Assembly: GCA_965201145.1 (NCBI GenBank)
Contig: CBDAVT010000001.1
Location: forward strand, 106-64,105
Direction of reading: 5' to 3'
DNA from: Dehalococcoidia bacterium
GTDB lineage: Bacteria; Chloroflexota; Dehalococcoidia; Lucifugimonadales; UBA3495
DNA: 64,000 bases
Part shown: positions 29,564 through 41,020 of the stretch, piece by piece
Layout of the letters: the number at the start of each line of letters is the position of its first letter
Position numbering within the stretch: position 1 is the first letter of the stretch
The notes under the pieces: model-generated
The model's input: only the letters and a program-made list of their open reading frames with translations
The model's database searches: none
What the model was told of the DNA's origin: nothing
Translations under genes and position numbers: made by a program

Positions 29564-29752
29564 ATGGCCCAATTGAAGATAACCTGGACCAAAAGCTTTA
29601 TCGGAAAACCCCAGGACCAACGGCGAGTAGTCCGCGCCCTGGGTTTACGCCGGCTGCATCACTCGGTAACCCATGGCGATACCCCTACTATCCGGGGGAT
29701 GGTCAACAAAATCTCGCACCTGGTTACCGTGGAAGAGATAGCCGAAGACTAA
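29564..29752 (+). CDS. rpmD: 50S ribosomal protein L30
   Basis: ALGLRR, TPTIRGMV. Confidence 0.96.
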   Translation: MAQLKITWTKSFIGKPQDQRRVVRALGLRRLHHSVTHGDTPTIRGMVNKISHLVTVEEIAED

Positions 29753-29874
29753 CCGAGCATTGCCAGCGGGAGGCCGAATTTCCGGCCGCCCGAACAACTG
29801 AAGGAATATAACCCGGCGGCGCAAGTTTGATGAACTTGCGTTCCGGACTGAGTTTTCCAGGAGAAATATCCACT

Positions 29875-30318
29875 ATGATGGAGCACAACATTGTTCCCTC
29901 GCCGGGGGCTCGCAAGGCCCGCAAGCGGGTCGGTCGAGGGGATGCCGCAGGACAGGGCAGTTACGGAGGCCGCGGGATGAAGGGGCAGAAATCTCGCTCC
30001 GGCTATCGCATCCGGCCGGGATTTGAGGGTGGACAATTGCCCCTGATCAAAGGGCTCCCGATGAAGCGGGGGTTCAATAATAAATTTAAGACCGAGTATT
30101 CGTTAGTTAAACTGCAAGACCTGGACAGCTTCGACGCGGGAGAGCGGATTACGCTCGACCTGCTCTACCAGCAAGGGTTAGTGAACAACCTGAAGCGGCC
30201 GGTGAAGGTGCTGGGAAACGGCGAACTGGGAAAAGCGTTGACTGTGGTAGCCAACGAGTTTACCGATTCGGCCCGGAGCAAGATTGAAGCGGCCGGCGGG
30301 TCAGTTGAGGAAATCTAG
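29875..30318 (+). CDS. rplO: 50S ribosomal protein L15
   Basis: RVGRG, GRGMKGQKSRSG, GFEGGQ; ATG at 29875 after GGAG. Confidence 0.97.
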   Translation: MMEHNIVPSPGARKARKRVGRGDAAGQGSYGGRGMKGQKSRSGYRIRPGFEGGQLPLIKGLPMKRGFNNKFKTEYSLVKLQDLDSFDAGERITLDLLYQQGLVNNLKRPVKVLGNGELGKALTVVANEFTDSARSKIEAAGGSVEEI

Positions 30319-30321
30319 GCG

Positions 30322-31653
30322 ATGATTTCCGCGGAAACACAAGGTGGCGGTCGATGGCCCCGTCTGATTCAGGCGGCGGTGGATGCCTTCAGCCTCCCGG
30401 ATTTGAGATACAAAATTCTCTTTACGCTGGGTATGCTGGCAATTTACCGGTTCGTGTCCCACGTTCCCATCCCCGGCATCAATACGGCACAACTGAACGA
30501 GCTATTTGAGAATAACCCGCTGCTGGGTTTCCTGGACCTGTTCAGCGGCGGCGCCCTGAGCCGAATGAGTATCGTGGCTTTGGGCGTGTTTCCCTACATT
30601 ACCGCTTCCATCGTGATGCAGCTGCTTACTCCGGTGATTCCATCGCTGCAGCAGTTGTCCCGGGAAGGGGAAGCGGGCCGGGCCAAGATTAACCGAATTG
30701 TGCACTGGCTCACTGTTCCCATTGCCCTGGCTCAGGGGTTCGGTCAGTTGATTCTGTTGCAGCAAAGCAATGTCTTGACCAATGTAGGCTTTACCGGAGA
30801 TGCTCTGCTGCCCACGATGGCCGCCATAATTTCGATGACCGCGGGAACTATGTTCCTGGTCTGGCTCGGCGAGCTAATCACGGAACGGGGTATCGGAAAC
30901 GGTATTTCGTTGATTATTTTCGCCGGAATCGTTGCCGGTTTCCCCGGCTTGATAACCCAGGGGTTCCTGGACCGGCAGGATGTGTTGGGGATCGGTTTCT
31001 TCGTCATTATCGGGGTGCTGATTATCGCCCTCATTGTACTGTTCAATGAGGCGCACCGCCGGATTCCGGTCCAGTACGGACGCAGTATCTTCCGGGGCGG
31101 ACGTATGTACCGGCAGAGCGGTGGCACTTACATCCCGCTGCGGATAAATTCGGCGGGAATGATTCCCCTCATCTTCGCCTTCTCCATCGTGATTCTGCCG
31201 GGCACCGTGGCAACTTACTTTGCCACCAGCACCGGAACCGTCGGCGATGTAGCCAGATTCCTGGTCGATTTATTCAATCCAACGTCGGTGGTGTACTGGA
31301 TTCTGGTCTTCATTCTGGTGGTGATCTTCACCTTCTTCTACACGCTGGTGGTGTTCCAGCAGCAGAACCTGGCCGAGAATTTGCAGCGAAACGGCGGGTT
31401 TGTGCTCGGCATCCGGCCGGGACGGCCCACGCAGGATTATTTGAACCGGATAATCGTCCGAATTACCACCGGCGGAGCCCTGTTTCTTGGGTTTGTAGCG
31501 ATAGTGCCTTATCTGGCATCCCTGGTAACAAATGTTCAAGCTATTCAGTTGAGCAGCACCAGCCTCCTGATTATGGTGGGAGTGGGTTTGGACACGCTGC
31601 GCCAGTTGGAAGCCCAACTGCTGATGCGAAACTATGAAGGATTCCTGAGATAA
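30322..31653 (+). CDS. secY: Preprotein translocase subunit SecY
   Basis: ALGVFPYITASI, GIGNGISLIIF, IRPG; multiple TM segments. Confidence 0.98.
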   Translation: MISAETQGGGRWPRLIQAAVDAFSLPDLRYKILFTLGMLAIYRFVSHVPIPGINTAQLNELFENNPLLGFLDLFSGGALSRMSIVALGVFPYITASIVMQLLTPVIPSLQQLSREGEAGRAKINRIVHWLTVPIALAQGFGQLILLQQSNVLTNVGFTGDALLPTMAAIISMTAGTMFLVWLGELITERGIGNGISLIIFAGIVAGFPGLITQGFLDRQDVLGIGFFVIIGVLIIALIVLFNEAHRRIPVQYGRSIFRGGRMYRQSGGTYIPLRINSAGMIPLIFAFSIVILPGTVATYFATSTGTVGDVARFLVDLFNPTSVVYWILVFILVVIFTFFYTLVVFQQQNLAENLQRNGGFVLGIRPGRPTQDYLNRIIVRITTGGALFLGFVAIVPYLASLVTNVQAIQLSSTSLLIMVGVGLDTLRQLEAQLLMRNYEGFLR

Positions 31654-31656
31654 ACT

Positions 31657-32334
31657 TTGGCTGCATCGCTGAGAATGGCCCTGTTTGGGCCGCCCGGAGC
31701 CGGCAAGGGAACTCAAGCCCAATTACTTAAGGAAAAGCTGCACCTGGCCCATATAAGCTCGGGCGACTTGTTCCGGTCCCATTTGCATGAAGGCACTCCC
31801 CTGGGTCTCCGGACCGCCGAGTTTATGAACAAAGGCCACCTGGTTCCCGACGACCTGGTAATCGAGATGGTGCTGAACGCGGTTCAGGAATTAGACCCGG
31901 ATTCCGGGTTTATCCTGGACGGCTTTCCCAGAACCCGGGAGCAGGCAATTGCTCTAGCCCAGGCCCTGGACGCTCAATCCAGAAACTTGGACAACGTCCT
32001 GCTGGTGGATGTACCCGAGGCTGAACTGGTCCGGCGGTTGGGCGGCCGGTTTTTGTGCCGAGGATGTCAGGCGCCCTATAACCTGTCTGAAGAGCAGTTT
32101 TCCGCTCCGCCGGCTTGTGTCCGGTGTGGCGGCGAATTGTACCAGCGCGCCGACGATAAAGCCGAAGCGGTACAGGTCCGGATTAATGTATATCAGGAAC
32201 AGACCGCGCCGGTGCTGGACTTTTATCGACAGCAGGGATTACTGCGGGAAATATCCGGTGTTGGCCCGGTGGAAACTATTAACCAACTGGCCCTGACGGC
32301 CCTGGGACTGGACAGCCCGGGGAACTTGGGTTAA
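31657..32334 (+). CDS. adk: Adenylate kinase
   Basis: GPPGAGKGTQA, LDGFPR, Zn-type lid. Confidence 0.97.
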   Translation: MAASLRMALFGPPGAGKGTQAQLLKEKLHLAHISSGDLFRSHLHEGTPLGLRTAEFMNKGHLVPDDLVIEMVLNAVQELDPDSGFILDGFPRTREQAIALAQALDAQSRNLDNVLLVDVPEAELVRRLGGRFLCRGCQAPYNLSEEQFSAPPACVRCGGELYQRADDKAEAVQVRINVYQEQTAPVLDFYRQQGLLREISGVGPVETINQLALTALGLDSPGNLG

Positions 32335-32378
32335 AATCGGGGTTTCCAACGGGCGTTAACGGGAGTAAGATAGACGGA

Positions 32379-33185
32379 ATGAATCGCAAACGAAAAGTAG
32401 AAACCGCTTCCAATACCCCTTCCCCTTACAGCGGTGGAATAACCATAAAGTCCCAGCAGGAAATGGAGGCGATGCGCCGCGCCGGCGCCGTCGTGGGCGC
32501 TACCTTGACTCTGCTCAAGCGCTCCGTCGAGCCCGGGATAACTACCCGCGAGCTGGATAACATCGCCTATAAGGAAATTATCCGGCATGGAGCCACGCCG
32601 GCCTTCAAGGGGTACCAGGGCTTTCCCGGTTCCATTTGCGCCTCGGTTAACGATGAGATAGTTCACGGCATCCCCGGTCGTCGAGTCCTCAAGGAAGGCG
32701 AAATCATCAAGATGGACGTGGGCGCCACAATTGACGGTTTCATCGGTGATGCCGCCGTCTCGGTGGCGGTGGGAGAAGTCAGCCAGGAAGCCCTGGATTT
32801 AATGGAAGCCACTCGTCTTAGTCTGGAAGAGGGCATCAAAGCGGCTCGCCCCGGCAACCGCATCGGCGACATCGGCGCCGCCGTGCAGACCTTTGCCGAG
32901 GCTCGCGGTTACGGCGTGGTTCGGGAATATGTGGGACATGGAATAGGCCGTTTCCTCCACGAAGACCCCCAAGTGCCCAATTACGGTCAGCCGGGACGCG
33001 GCCAACTCCTGCGCGCCGGAATGTGTATCGCCATTGAACCTATGCTGAACGTGGGAGACCGGCGCACCAGGGTACTGGACGACAACTGGACCGTGGTAAC
33101 CGCCGACGGTTCCTTGTCCTCCCATTTTGAGCATACTATTGGGATAGCTGAAGACGGTCCCGAAATTCTTACCAAGCATTCCTGA
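32379..33185 (+). CDS. map: Methionine aminopeptidase type I
   Basis: [16 protein letters not shown]...HEDP, EPM, HFEHT. Confidence 0.97.
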   Translation: MNRKRKVETASNTPSPYSGGITIKSQQEMEAMRRAGAVVGATLTLLKRSVEPGITTRELDNIAYKEIIRHGATPAFKGYQGFPGSICASVNDEIVHGIPGRRVLKEGEIIKMDVGATIDGFIGDAAVSVAVGEVSQEALDLMEATRLSLEEGIKAARPGNRIGDIGAAVQTFAEARGYGVVREYVGHGIGRFLHEDPQVPNYGQPGRGQLLRAGMCIAIEPMLNVGDRRTRVLDDNWTVVTADGSLSSHFEHTIGIAEDGPEILTKHS

Positions 33186-33246
33186 CCGGTCAGGCAAGGT
33201 CTTTGATGCGTCGCTTCGGCGACGCGACGCCAATGCAAGGAGAGTT

Positions 33247-33465
33247 ATGCCGAAGAAAGAGGCTATAGAGGTAGAAGCCAAAGTTACTGAAGCTCTGCCT
33301 AATGGTATGTTCCGGGTGGAACTCCCCAACGACCACCAGGTATTAGCCCATGTTTCCGGCAAGATACGGATGCACTTTATCCGGGTACTGCCCGGAGACC
33401 GGGTGCTGGTAGAACTCTCTCCCTACGATTTGAGTCGGGGACGGATTACTTACCGCTTCAAGTAA
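33247..33465 (+). CDS. infA: Translation initiation factor IF-1
   Basis: [21 protein letters not shown]. Confidence 0.98.
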   Translation: MPKKEAIEVEAKVTEALPNGMFRVELPNDHQVLAHVSGKIRMHFIRVLPGDRVLVELSPYDLSRGRITYRFK

Positions 33466-33503
33466 GGAAGGCTCCGACATTATCCAGGTTCCGGGAGGTT
33501 TAT

Positions 33504-33617
33504 ATGCGAGTAACGGCATCGGTCAAGCCCAGGTGCGATAAATGCCGGATAATCCGGCGCAAGCGAATAGTGCGAGTGATTTGCTCTAATGCGCGCCATG
33601 CCCAGCGGCAGGGTTAG
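33504..33617 (+). CDS. rpmJ: 50S ribosomal protein L36 (absent from ORF track)
   Basis: Manual translation [37 protein letters not shown]; GGAGG RBS. Confidence 0.96.
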   Translation: MRVTASVKPRCDKCRIIRRKRIVRVICSNARHAQRQG

Positions 33618-33644
33618 CTGACCGAATTTCAGGAGGATTAGGTT

Positions 33645-34037
33645 ATGGTTCGTATAGCCGGTGTTGACGTTCCCGACCGCAAGAGGGCCTATATTGCCTT
33701 GCGCAGTATCTACGGCGTCGGGCCCCTAATTGCCGCCGAGATTCTGGAGAAAGCCGGAATCGACCCGGATATGTCCCCCAGGATGAACGAATTAGACGAA
33801 TTCCAGGTGGACCGGATTCGAGAAATCGTGGACCGGGAGTATTTAACCGAAGGCGACCTGCGCCGGGAAGTAAACCAGAACATTCGCCGCCTGATCGAGA
33901 TTGGCTCCTACCGGGGTCTGCGCCACCGCCGGGGATTGCCCGTGAACGGGCAGCGGACTCGCACCAATGCCCGCTCCCGCAAGGGCCCCCGCCGCACCGT
34001 TGCCGGTCGGGGCCGCCGCACCGGTGGCAAGAAGTAA
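33645..34037 (+). CDS. rpsM: 30S ribosomal protein S13
   Basis: [28 protein letters not shown]. Confidence 0.98.
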   Translation: MVRIAGVDVPDRKRAYIALRSIYGVGPLIAAEILEKAGIDPDMSPRMNELDEFQVDRIREIVDREYLTEGDLRREVNQNIRRLIEIGSYRGLRHRRGLPVNGQRTRTNARSRKGPRRTVAGRGRRTGGKK

Positions 34038-34062
34038 AGCAGCGTATTGTTGAGGGAAGTTT

Positions 34063-34446
34063 ATGCCCAGGCCAAGAACCAGACGGCGGGAACGCCGCAC
34101 AGTGCCCCAGGGGCGCGCCTACATTTATTCCACCTTTAATAATACCCTGGTAAGCATCACCGATTCGGACGGCAACGTAATTGCCTCGGCCAGCGCCGGT
34201 ACGGTGGGCTTTAAGGGTTCCCGCAAGGGAACCGCCTTCGCCGCGCAACGGGCGGCGGAACAAGCCGCCCGCCGGGGTATGGATATGGGGCTGCGACAGA
34301 TCGATGTATATATCAAAGGGCCCGGAGCCGGTCGGGAGGCAGCGATTCGTTCGCTGCAGGGAGCCGGTCTGCTGGTTACCAGCATCCGCGACGTGACTCC
34401 CATCCCCCACAATGGCTGCCGACCGCCAAAACGAAGAAGGGTATAG
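34063..34446 (+). CDS. rpsK: 30S ribosomal protein S11
   Basis: [24 protein letters not shown]. Confidence 0.98.
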   Translation: MPRPRTRRRERRTVPQGRAYIYSTFNNTLVSITDSDGNVIASASAGTVGFKGSRKGTAFAAQRAAEQAARRGMDMGLRQIDVYIKGPGAGREAAIRSLQGAGLLVTSIRDVTPIPHNGCRPPKRRRV

Positions 34447-34455
34447 TAAAGAAAT

Positions 34456-35082
34456 ATGGGAAGATATACAGGGCCATCCTGCCGCCTCTGCCGGCGGGCA
34501 GGGGAAAAGTTATTCCTGAAAGGAGACCGGTGCTTCACCCCACGGTGCGCCGTGGAAAAGCGCCATTCTCCCCCAGGCGATCAGATGAACCGCCGGCGAC
34601 GCTCTTCGGATTACGGGGTGCATCTGCGAGAGAAGCAGAAGGCCCGGCAGATTTACGGCGTTATGGAAGGCCAGTTCCGCCGCTATATGGCGGAGGCTTT
34701 CAACAACCCCGGAATCTCCGGTCTCAATCTGCTCCGAACCCTGGAACGCCGCCTGGATAACATCGTGTATTTGTTTGGTTTCGCCGATTCACGCAAGCAG
34801 GCGCGGCAGATGGTGCGCCACGGCCATTTCATGGTCGGCGGAGTCAAGACCGATATTCCGTCTTTTCTGGTCCGGGCCGGAGACGTTATTTCCTGGAAAG
34901 AGTCTTCAAAGAACAGCGACTTCTTCAAGGAAAGAACCGCCGGTATTCCCAAGCGGCCCATACCCGGTTGGCTGTCGCTGGACATCAATGAAATGGTGGG
35001 CGAAGTAGTGGCCCTGCCGGCAGATGAGGACCTGACCCAGAGTATCAATTCCCGGCTAATCGTAGAGTTCTATTCGAGGTAG
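34456..35082 (+). CDS. rpsD: 30S ribosomal protein S4
   Basis: MGRYTGP, LERRLDN, IVEFYSR. Confidence 0.98.
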   Translation: MGRYTGPSCRLCRRAGEKLFLKGDRCFTPRCAVEKRHSPPGDQMNRRRRSSDYGVHLREKQKARQIYGVMEGQFRRYMAEAFNNPGISGLNLLRTLERRLDNIVYLFGFADSRKQARQMVRHGHFMVGGVKTDIPSFLVRAGDVISWKESSKNSDFFKERTAGIPKRPIPGWLSLDINEMVGEVVALPADEDLTQSINSRLIVEFYSR

Positions 35083-35090
35083 TAAGTCTC

Positions 35091-36281
35091 ATGTTAGAAA
35101 CTTATATCCTCCCTTCGGGGCCGCCGGAAAGCGCCTCGGAAAATATCAGGCCCAGTATCACCGTCCTGGAATCCACTGAGGATTACGCCCGGGTGGCGCT
35201 GGAACCGTTGGTGCCCGGATTTGCCCATACCCTCGGCAATCCCCTGCGCCGCTTCCTGATTAGTTCCATCCGGGGCAGCGCCATAACCTGGGTCAAAATT
35301 GACAACGTAGTCCACGAATATACCGCTATCCCGGGAGTCAAAGAAGAGGTCATGGACCTGCTGCTCAACATCAAGCGCATCAGAATTCGCTCGCAAAGCG
35401 AACGAACCGGCAAGATGCGCCTGGACGTACAGGGGGAAGGTCGAGTCTGCGCCGGCGATATTGCTACATCCAGCGATTTTGAGATAGTGAACCCGGAACT
35501 CCATCTGGCGACTCTGGACGATACCGAATCCAACCTGTCCATCGAGTTTAACGTCGAGTCCGGTCTCGGTTACCAGTCGCAAGCGGAGGGCAACACCGGA
35601 TTGCAGGTTGGGGTATTGCCGGTGGACGCTATTTTTAACCCGATCAAGAAGGTCAACTACACCCGGGAACCTACCCGAGTCGGCCAGAGAACCGATTATG
35701 AACGTCTGGTAATGGAGTTGTGGACGGACGGCACTATTACCCCTCTGGATGCCCTGGGTGAGGCGGCGAACGCGCTGGTGGATGACTTTTTCCTTTTCAA
35801 GAATCTCTCCGGAGGCGAAACTACCGTTTTCAGTCGCCCGAAACTAAGCTTGTCCCCGGAGATTTACCAGACCCCCATCGAGCGGTTGGAATTGTCACAC
35901 CGAACCTTGAACTGTTTGAAACGCGCTCACATTACCCGGATGGGCGAAGTCCTGGAAATGTCCGACGAGGACTTGCTGAAGATTCGCAACTTTGGGGAGA
36001 AATCTTTGAGCGAGTTACGAGGCAAACTTGCCGAACAGGGAGTAGGCCCGGGGTCGGAGCGAGCCGGCGCCGAAGGCGGGTTCGCTATCTTACCCGGTGG
36101 CGACATCGATGTTGCGGAAGACGATGAGATGGACGGTATTGCAGTTATTCAGCCATCTCAGCCCGACAATAATTCGCTGAATGAATTTACTGGAACCTCA
36201 GCTTCGGACTACGAAGACGAAGAGGATGATTCCGATGAAGACCCTGATGATGATTACCCAGACGACGAGGAGGACTGCTAA
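35091..36281 (+). CDS. rpoA: RNA polymerase subunit alpha with long acidic tail
   Basis: [31 protein letters not shown]. Confidence 0.97.
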   Translation: MLETYILPSGPPESASENIRPSITVLESTEDYARVALEPLVPGFAHTLGNPLRRFLISSIRGSAITWVKIDNVVHEYTAIPGVKEEVMDLLLNIKRIRIRSQSERTGKMRLDVQGEGRVCAGDIATSSDFEIVNPELHLATLDDTESNLSIEFNVESGLGYQSQAEGNTGLQVGVLPVDAIFNPIKKVNYTREPTRVGQRTDYERLVMELWTDGTITPLDALGEAANALVDDFFLFKNLSGGETTVFSRPKLSLSPEIYQTPIERLELSHRTLNCLKRAHITRMGEVLEMSDEDLLKIRNFGEKSLSELRGKLAEQGVGPGSERAGAEGGFAILPGGDIDVAEDDEMDGIAVIQPSQPDNNSLNEFTGTSASDYEDEEDDSDEDPDDDYPDDEEDC

Positions 36282-36283
36282 CC

Positions 36284-36637
36284 ATGGCATCCCATCGTGT
36301 CGCCGGCCGTAATCTGAGCCGGTACAAGGATCAGCGGAAAGCCCTCCTGCGGGGCCTTACCTGCGAGCTGATTCGACATGAACGAATAACCACTACTCTG
36401 GCCAAGGCCAAGGAAACTCGTATCGTTGCGGAAAAACTGATTACCCACGGCAAGAAGGGGAATCTCCACCATCGCCGGCTGGCTTTGGCCCAGATACCCA
36501 ATAAGCAGGTGGTTAAGAAAGTATTCGACGACCTAGCCCCTCGCTACGAGACCCGTCCCGGTGGGTACACCCGCATCGTCAAACTCGGCCCACGGCAGGG
36601 CGACGGCGCCCAAATGGCTGTGATCGAGCTGGTGTAA
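36284..36637 (+). CDS. rplQ: 50S ribosomal protein L17
   Basis: [18 protein letters not shown]. Confidence 0.98.
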   Translation: MASHRVAGRNLSRYKDQRKALLRGLTCELIRHERITTTLAKAKETRIVAEKLITHGKKGNLHHRRLALAQIPNKQVVKKVFDDLAPRYETRPGGYTRIVKLGPRQGDGAQMAVIELV

Positions 36638-36683
36638 CCTTGTATCGACACCGGTATGGATCGGCGCAGGGTATTTAGAGGGA

Positions 36684-37526
36684 ATGAGCAACGCTGCGGC
36701 CGGCGGGGATCCCCCCGACACCGTCCGCAGGCTGGCGCTGACGCTGGAATATGACGGCGCTGGCTATGCCGGTTTTCAGATTCAGGCCAATGAGATTACA
36801 ATTCAGGGAGCGGTAGAAGAAGCGTTAAGGAAGTTCCTGGGGCAGCATATACGGATTCGTGGGGCCAGCCGCACCGATTCGGGCGCGCACGCCTTTGGTC
36901 AGGTAATAGATTTCACTACCGACCGCAAATACGAAGCCGATATTTTCGTGAGGGCGCTCAATTACTACCTGCCCGGGGACATCAAAGTAATTAGGGCGAT
37001 GGAAGTAGAGCCAGGATTTGACTCTCGCCGGAGCGCAGCCAGCCGAGTGTATCAGTACCGGCTCCTGAATCGGTCTTTGCCTTCCCCCCTGATGCGGCAT
37101 TACTATCACTGGGTACGGGAACCGTTAAAAATCGAAGATATGCACCGGGCTGCCCAAGACCTGCTGGGGATTCACGATTTTCGCCCCCTGGCGCCGGGCC
37201 ACCCCATAGACCGGAGCGCAGTCAGACAAGTCTTCCGCTGGGAAGTCGCCCCGGGATTGGAGTTTCCCGATACGGTGTCCATCACCTGCGAAGCCAACGG
37301 ATTTATGCTGCATCAGATACGCCGAACCAATGCAGCCCTGGTCCAAATCGGCAAAGGAATCTGGCCCGGCAATGCCCTGAAAATCATCCTGGGTGAGGCA
37401 GCTGAACCAATCGGAAGCCTATCGGCAGAGTCTTTAGGTTCCCTGCCGGCCCGGGGATTGTATCTGATGGAAGTGAAGTATCCGGATTGCCGGTTACAAG
37501 TCAAGGACGATTATGAAACGAACTAG
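36684..37526 (+). CDS. truA: tRNA pseudouridine(38-40) synthase
   Basis: [23 protein letters not shown]. Confidence 0.95.
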   Translation: MSNAAAGGDPPDTVRRLALTLEYDGAGYAGFQIQANEITIQGAVEEALRKFLGQHIRIRGASRTDSGAHAFGQVIDFTTDRKYEADIFVRALNYYLPGDIKVIRAMEVEPGFDSRRSAASRVYQYRLLNRSLPSPLMRHYYHWVREPLKIEDMHRAAQDLLGIHDFRPLAPGHPIDRSAVRQVFRWEVAPGLEFPDTVSITCEANGFMLHQIRRTNAALVQIGKGIWPGNALKIILGEAAEPIGSLSAESLGSLPARGLYLMEVKYPDCRLQVKDDYETN

Positions 37527-37962
37527 CACCTACTTTCCAAAGAGCGGGCAGGTCCCGCAAAACTGGCGCGTAATCGACGCCACCGGCCAGTCTCTCGGTC
37601 GGCTGGCCCGGGATGTGGCCGTTGCCCTCCAGGGCAAAGGCCGGCCCACCTATACGCCCCATGTCCTGACCGGGGACCACGTAGTCGTGGTCAATATGGA
37701 CAAGGTTCGGATTACCGGCGACAAGCTGATGCAGAAGACCTACTATCGGCACAGCGGTTACGTCGGCAATCTCAAGTCCTTTATCCTGCGGGATATGCTG
37801 GCCTCCCACCCGGACCGGGTGTTGCAGTTGGCAGTCAAGGGTATGCTGCCCCGCAACAAGCTGGGCCGGGAAATGCTGAAACGACTCAAGGTTTATACCG
37901 GCGCCACTCACCCGCATCAGGCGCAGGTAGGTCAATTGTCGGAACAAACTGAAGGAAATTAA
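37513..37962 (+). CDS. rplM: 50S ribosomal protein L13
   Basis: LGRLA, YTPHV, AVKGMLP, HPHQAQ. Confidence 0.98.
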   Translation: MKRTSTYFPKSGQVPQNWRVIDATGQSLGRLARDVAVALQGKGRPTYTPHVLTGDHVVVVNMDKVRITGDKLMQKTYYRHSGYVGNLKSFILRDMLASHPDRVLQLAVKGMLPRNKLGREMLKRLKVYTGATHPHQAQVGQLSEQTEGN

Positions 37963-37977
37963 GGACGGATTATAGTT

Positions 37978-38391
37978 TTGGTGCAGGCGGAATCACAACA
38001 GCAGTATTTCTACGGTACCGGAAAACGCAAGACGGCCATCGCCCGGGTGCGCCTCTACCCGGTCGCCGACGGCGGGCCAATGCTCGTTAATGGCAAGCTG
38101 GTCGAGGACTACTTTAACTGGCTCCCCTGGCAGGTCGTTATCAACGAACCCTTCCGGGTAACCAACACCAACAATCGCTTCCAGTTGGTAGCCCAGGTAA
38201 CCGGAGGCGGGGTAAACGCCCAGGCGGAAGCGATCCGGCATGGCATTGCCCGCGCTTTGATCGTTTACGACCTGAATCTCAAAGCCACCCTGCGGCGCCA
38301 CGGGCTGGTTACTCGGGACTCCCGCATCAAGGAAAGCAAGAAGTACGGCTTGAAGCGGGCTCGCCGCGCCCCCCAGTACACCAAGCGTTAA
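37978..38391 (+). CDS. rpsI: 30S ribosomal protein S9
   Basis: GTGKRKTA, KKYGLKRARRAPQYTKR. Confidence 0.98.
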   Translation: MVQAESQQQYFYGTGKRKTAIARVRLYPVADGGPMLVNGKLVEDYFNWLPWQVVINEPFRVTNTNNRFQLVAQVTGGGVNAQAEAIRHGIARALIVYDLNLKATLRRHGLVTRDSRIKESKKYGLKRARRAPQYTKR

Positions 38392-38419
38392 CCCAGGCTG
38401 TCCGGGAGTAGCAAATAGG

Positions 38420-38453
38420 AACGAGGACGGCAGCCAAAGGCCGTCCTCGTTTT
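38420..38453 (+). terminator. Intrinsic terminator ending the ribosomal superoperon
   Basis: AACGAGGACGG...CCGTCCTCGTT stem followed by T residues, between convergent genes. Confidence 0.7.
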
Positions 38454-38484
38454 GGCGTTTCGGGTTAAATGCTCTGACGCCTGG

Positions 38485-39387
38485 CTATCCCTGAAAAAGG
38501 CCGCCAATAGTCAGCCAGTAGAAGGTGATGTAGGTGCCGGCCAGCACCATCAGCCAGTATCCCAGCGGCTGAATGTATGGCAGCGCTCTCCGCAGTCCAC
38601 CGACCATTGCCCCCCGAAAGAAGGCTATCCCCAAAGTCAGCACCACAATAACCAGACCCATCCCCAGGGAAAACAGGAAGAAGTCCAGCAGGATGCCGAA
38701 GAAGCTGACGTCGGAAGCGGTAAGACCCAGTACGGCCAGGAAGATGGGAAGAGTGCAGCTCAGGGAGGCCGTCCCGTAGCTAACGCCAAAGAGGAAGTAG
38801 CCTTTGATATTCACTTGACGCGGGTCGCCAATGCGGGAAGCAGCGCGGGCGGCTACTCCGGTATAGAGCTTGCCGCCGCCAATCAGCCAGGCCCCGGTAA
38901 GCGACAGCAGCAGACCAATTATCAATCCAATCCAGGGGATGTAACTGACTACAATGGAAGCTCCCAAGCCAATTACCGTACCGGCCAGTCCGAACAGGGC
39001 CACGAAACCGGCGGTAACCGCCGCGCCTACCAGCCCCGCCTGGCGCAGTTGGGCCAAAGGCCGAGCGCCGGCCTCATCGGCTGCCCCGGAACCCAGATAG
39101 AGGCCCAAATAGGCCGGCAGCATGGCAAATCCGCAGGGGTTGACCGCCGAAGCCAGACCGGCAGCGAAAGCGAAGAGGGACGAAGCTCTGACCAATCCAC
39201 CCAGAAAAGAAGCGGAGTTGCCGGACAGCCGTTCCACAAACAGATTTATGAAATCCACATCGGCGCCCCGTCCGATGGTTTGGGAAGCGAGCACCGCCAC
39301 TAAAATAGAGCCTGTCGCGACCACGCCGGCAATTATGTAACTGCGACCGGCGCGACTTTCCGAAATTTCAGACACAGCGTACCCCAC
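38485..39387 (-). CDS. ccdA: CcdA/DsbD-type membrane protein (cytochrome c biogenesis family)
   Basis: Multiple TM segments; NPCGFAMLP and LSCTLPIF catalytic cysteines. Confidence 0.82.
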   Translation of the reverse strand: MGYAVSEISESRAGRSYIIAGVVATGSILVAVLASQTIGRGADVDFINLFVERLSGNSASFLGGLVRASSLFAFAAGLASAVNPCGFAMLPAYLGLYLGSGAADEAGARPLAQLRQAGLVGAAVTAGFVALFGLAGTVIGLGASIVVSYIPWIGLIIGLLLSLTGAWLIGGGKLYTGVAARAASRIGDPRQVNIKGYFLFGVSYGTASLSCTLPIFLAVLGLTASDVSFFGILLDFFLFSLGMGLVIVVLTLGIAFFRGAMVGGLRRALPYIQPLGYWLMVLAGTYITFYWLTIGGLFQG

Positions 39388-39484
39388 TCAAATTTTGTGG
39401 CTGCCGCAATCTATTATACCCGGCAGGCGCAGCAGAGAGATACGCCGGGTCGAAATCAATCGCCCTGCCAAGCCAAATCAGCCG

Positions 39485-40900
39485 CTAAACACCCAGATAT
39501 TCGGAAGCGGCGTCCAGCAAGCGATCTACCAGGGCCGGACTTTCCGCTTCGCAGTATATCCGCAGCAGGGGCTCGGTCCCGGAAAAGCGGGAGGCCAGCC
39601 AGGCCTGGTCAAAAAAGAGACGCCGACCGTCAATCTCATCGGTTCCACGAATGGGCAAACCGGCCAATTCGGTCAGGGCGGTTGATCGGAGCCGCGCCTG
39701 GATTTCGGGCCGGGCTGCCGGACTAAAGCTGACGTCGCGACGCCGGTAGTAGTGAGGGCCCACCAGCGAGAACAACTCCTCGACCAACTGGGAAGGCGTC
39801 CTGCCGGTTCGGGCCATAAATTCCAGGATATAGAGAGCGCTCAAAATTCCGTCCCGCTCCGGAATGTGTCCCCGGAAGGCGAATCCGCCGCTTTCCTCGC
39901 CCCCGATGACGCCATCAACCTGACTGAATCGCGGGCCAATATGCTTAAAGCCTACTTGCATCTCGTGGATGGCTACACCGAATCGGTCGGCCAACTTGTT
40001 GAGCATACTGGAAGATGTTACTCCCTTTACGATGGCCCCGCGCTGTCCCTTACAGTCCAGCAGGTAGAGGGCCAGCAGCGAAAATACTTCCAGGGTGCTC
40101 AGAAAATTGCCTTTTTCGTCCACTATGCCTACCCGGTCCGCATCGCCGTCCAGGGCAATCCCTACCGAGGCTCCGCTGCTCGGCACCCGTTCCATCAGCT
40201 CGGCAAGGTTGGGCGCAATTGGTTCCGGCTGGGTCATACCCGGAAAGGCCGGATTCCGGCAGCCATGCAGCTCGCTTACGGTCGCAGGCCCTCCCGACAG
40301 CAACTCCGGGATGTAACCGGCTCCTGCCCCGTACATTGCATCCACCATCACCGAGAATCCCGCCCGCCGTATCGCCGGCAAGTCCACCAGCCCGGCGATA
40401 CCCTCCAGATAAGCCGGTTCAGGGTCGAACTCCACTACCAATCCCTTTTCCTTTCCTTCCGACAACGCCATGTAACCGGGAGCTTGGGAAGCCTCGATTT
40501 TCGCTTCCAGGCGGTCGGTAATTTCGTCAGTGGCGCTTCCGGCGTATTCGGGCTTGAACTTGAACCCGTTCCAGATGCCGGAATTGTGGCTGGCGGTAAT
40601 GATGGCTGCCCCGGCTGACTTCTGGGCTAGGACGCTGAAGCTGACTACCGGAGTCGGGGCCGGCTGCCGGGTCAGTAATGCCCGAACCCCGTTGCCGGCG
40701 CAGACCGACGCCACTGTCTCGGCAAACTCCCGGGAAAGGAAGCGGGTATCATAGCCGACCACCAAACCTCTGTCAGCTGTTCCCTCTTCCTTCAGATACT
40801 CCACCACCCCTTGCGCGCAACGAGCCACGTTAGTAAAGGTAAACTCGTCGGCAATGATGGCCCGCCAGCCATCGGTGCCAAATTTTATCGACGTCGTCAT
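39485..40900 (-). CDS. Phosphoglucomutase/phosphomannomutase family protein
   Basis: FGTDGWR, TASHN, DGDADR, GGEESGG, SGTEP. Confidence 0.93.
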   Translation of the reverse strand: MTTSIKFGTDGWRAIIADEFTFTNVARCAQGVVEYLKEEGTADRGLVVGYDTRFLSREFAETVASVCAGNGVRALLTRQPAPTPVVSFSVLAQKSAGAAIITASHNSGIWNGFKFKPEYAGSATDEITDRLEAKIEASQAPGYMALSEGKEKGLVVEFDPEPAYLEGIAGLVDLPAIRRAGFSVMVDAMYGAGAGYIPELLSGGPATVSELHGCRNPAFPGMTQPEPIAPNLAELMERVPSSGASVGIALDGDADRVGIVDEKGNFLSTLEVFSLLALYLLDCKGQRGAIVKGVTSSSMLNKLADRFGVAIHEMQVGFKHIGPRFSQVDGVIGGEESGGFAFRGHIPERDGILSALYILEFMARTGRTPSQLVEELFSLVGPHYYRRRDVSFSPAARPEIQARLRSTALTELAGLPIRGTDEIDGRRLFFDQAWLASRFSGTEPLLRIYCEAESPALVDRLLDAASEYLGV

Positions 40901-41020
40901 TACACTTCCCGCCAAAACACCTAATGCCCCTCACCCCGGCTTGCGCTGACAGGCAAAGTCGAAGTGAGGGACATTGTACCGCAAAGCATTAAGTTAATTT
41001 AGCGTCAACGGGTCAGGAAC

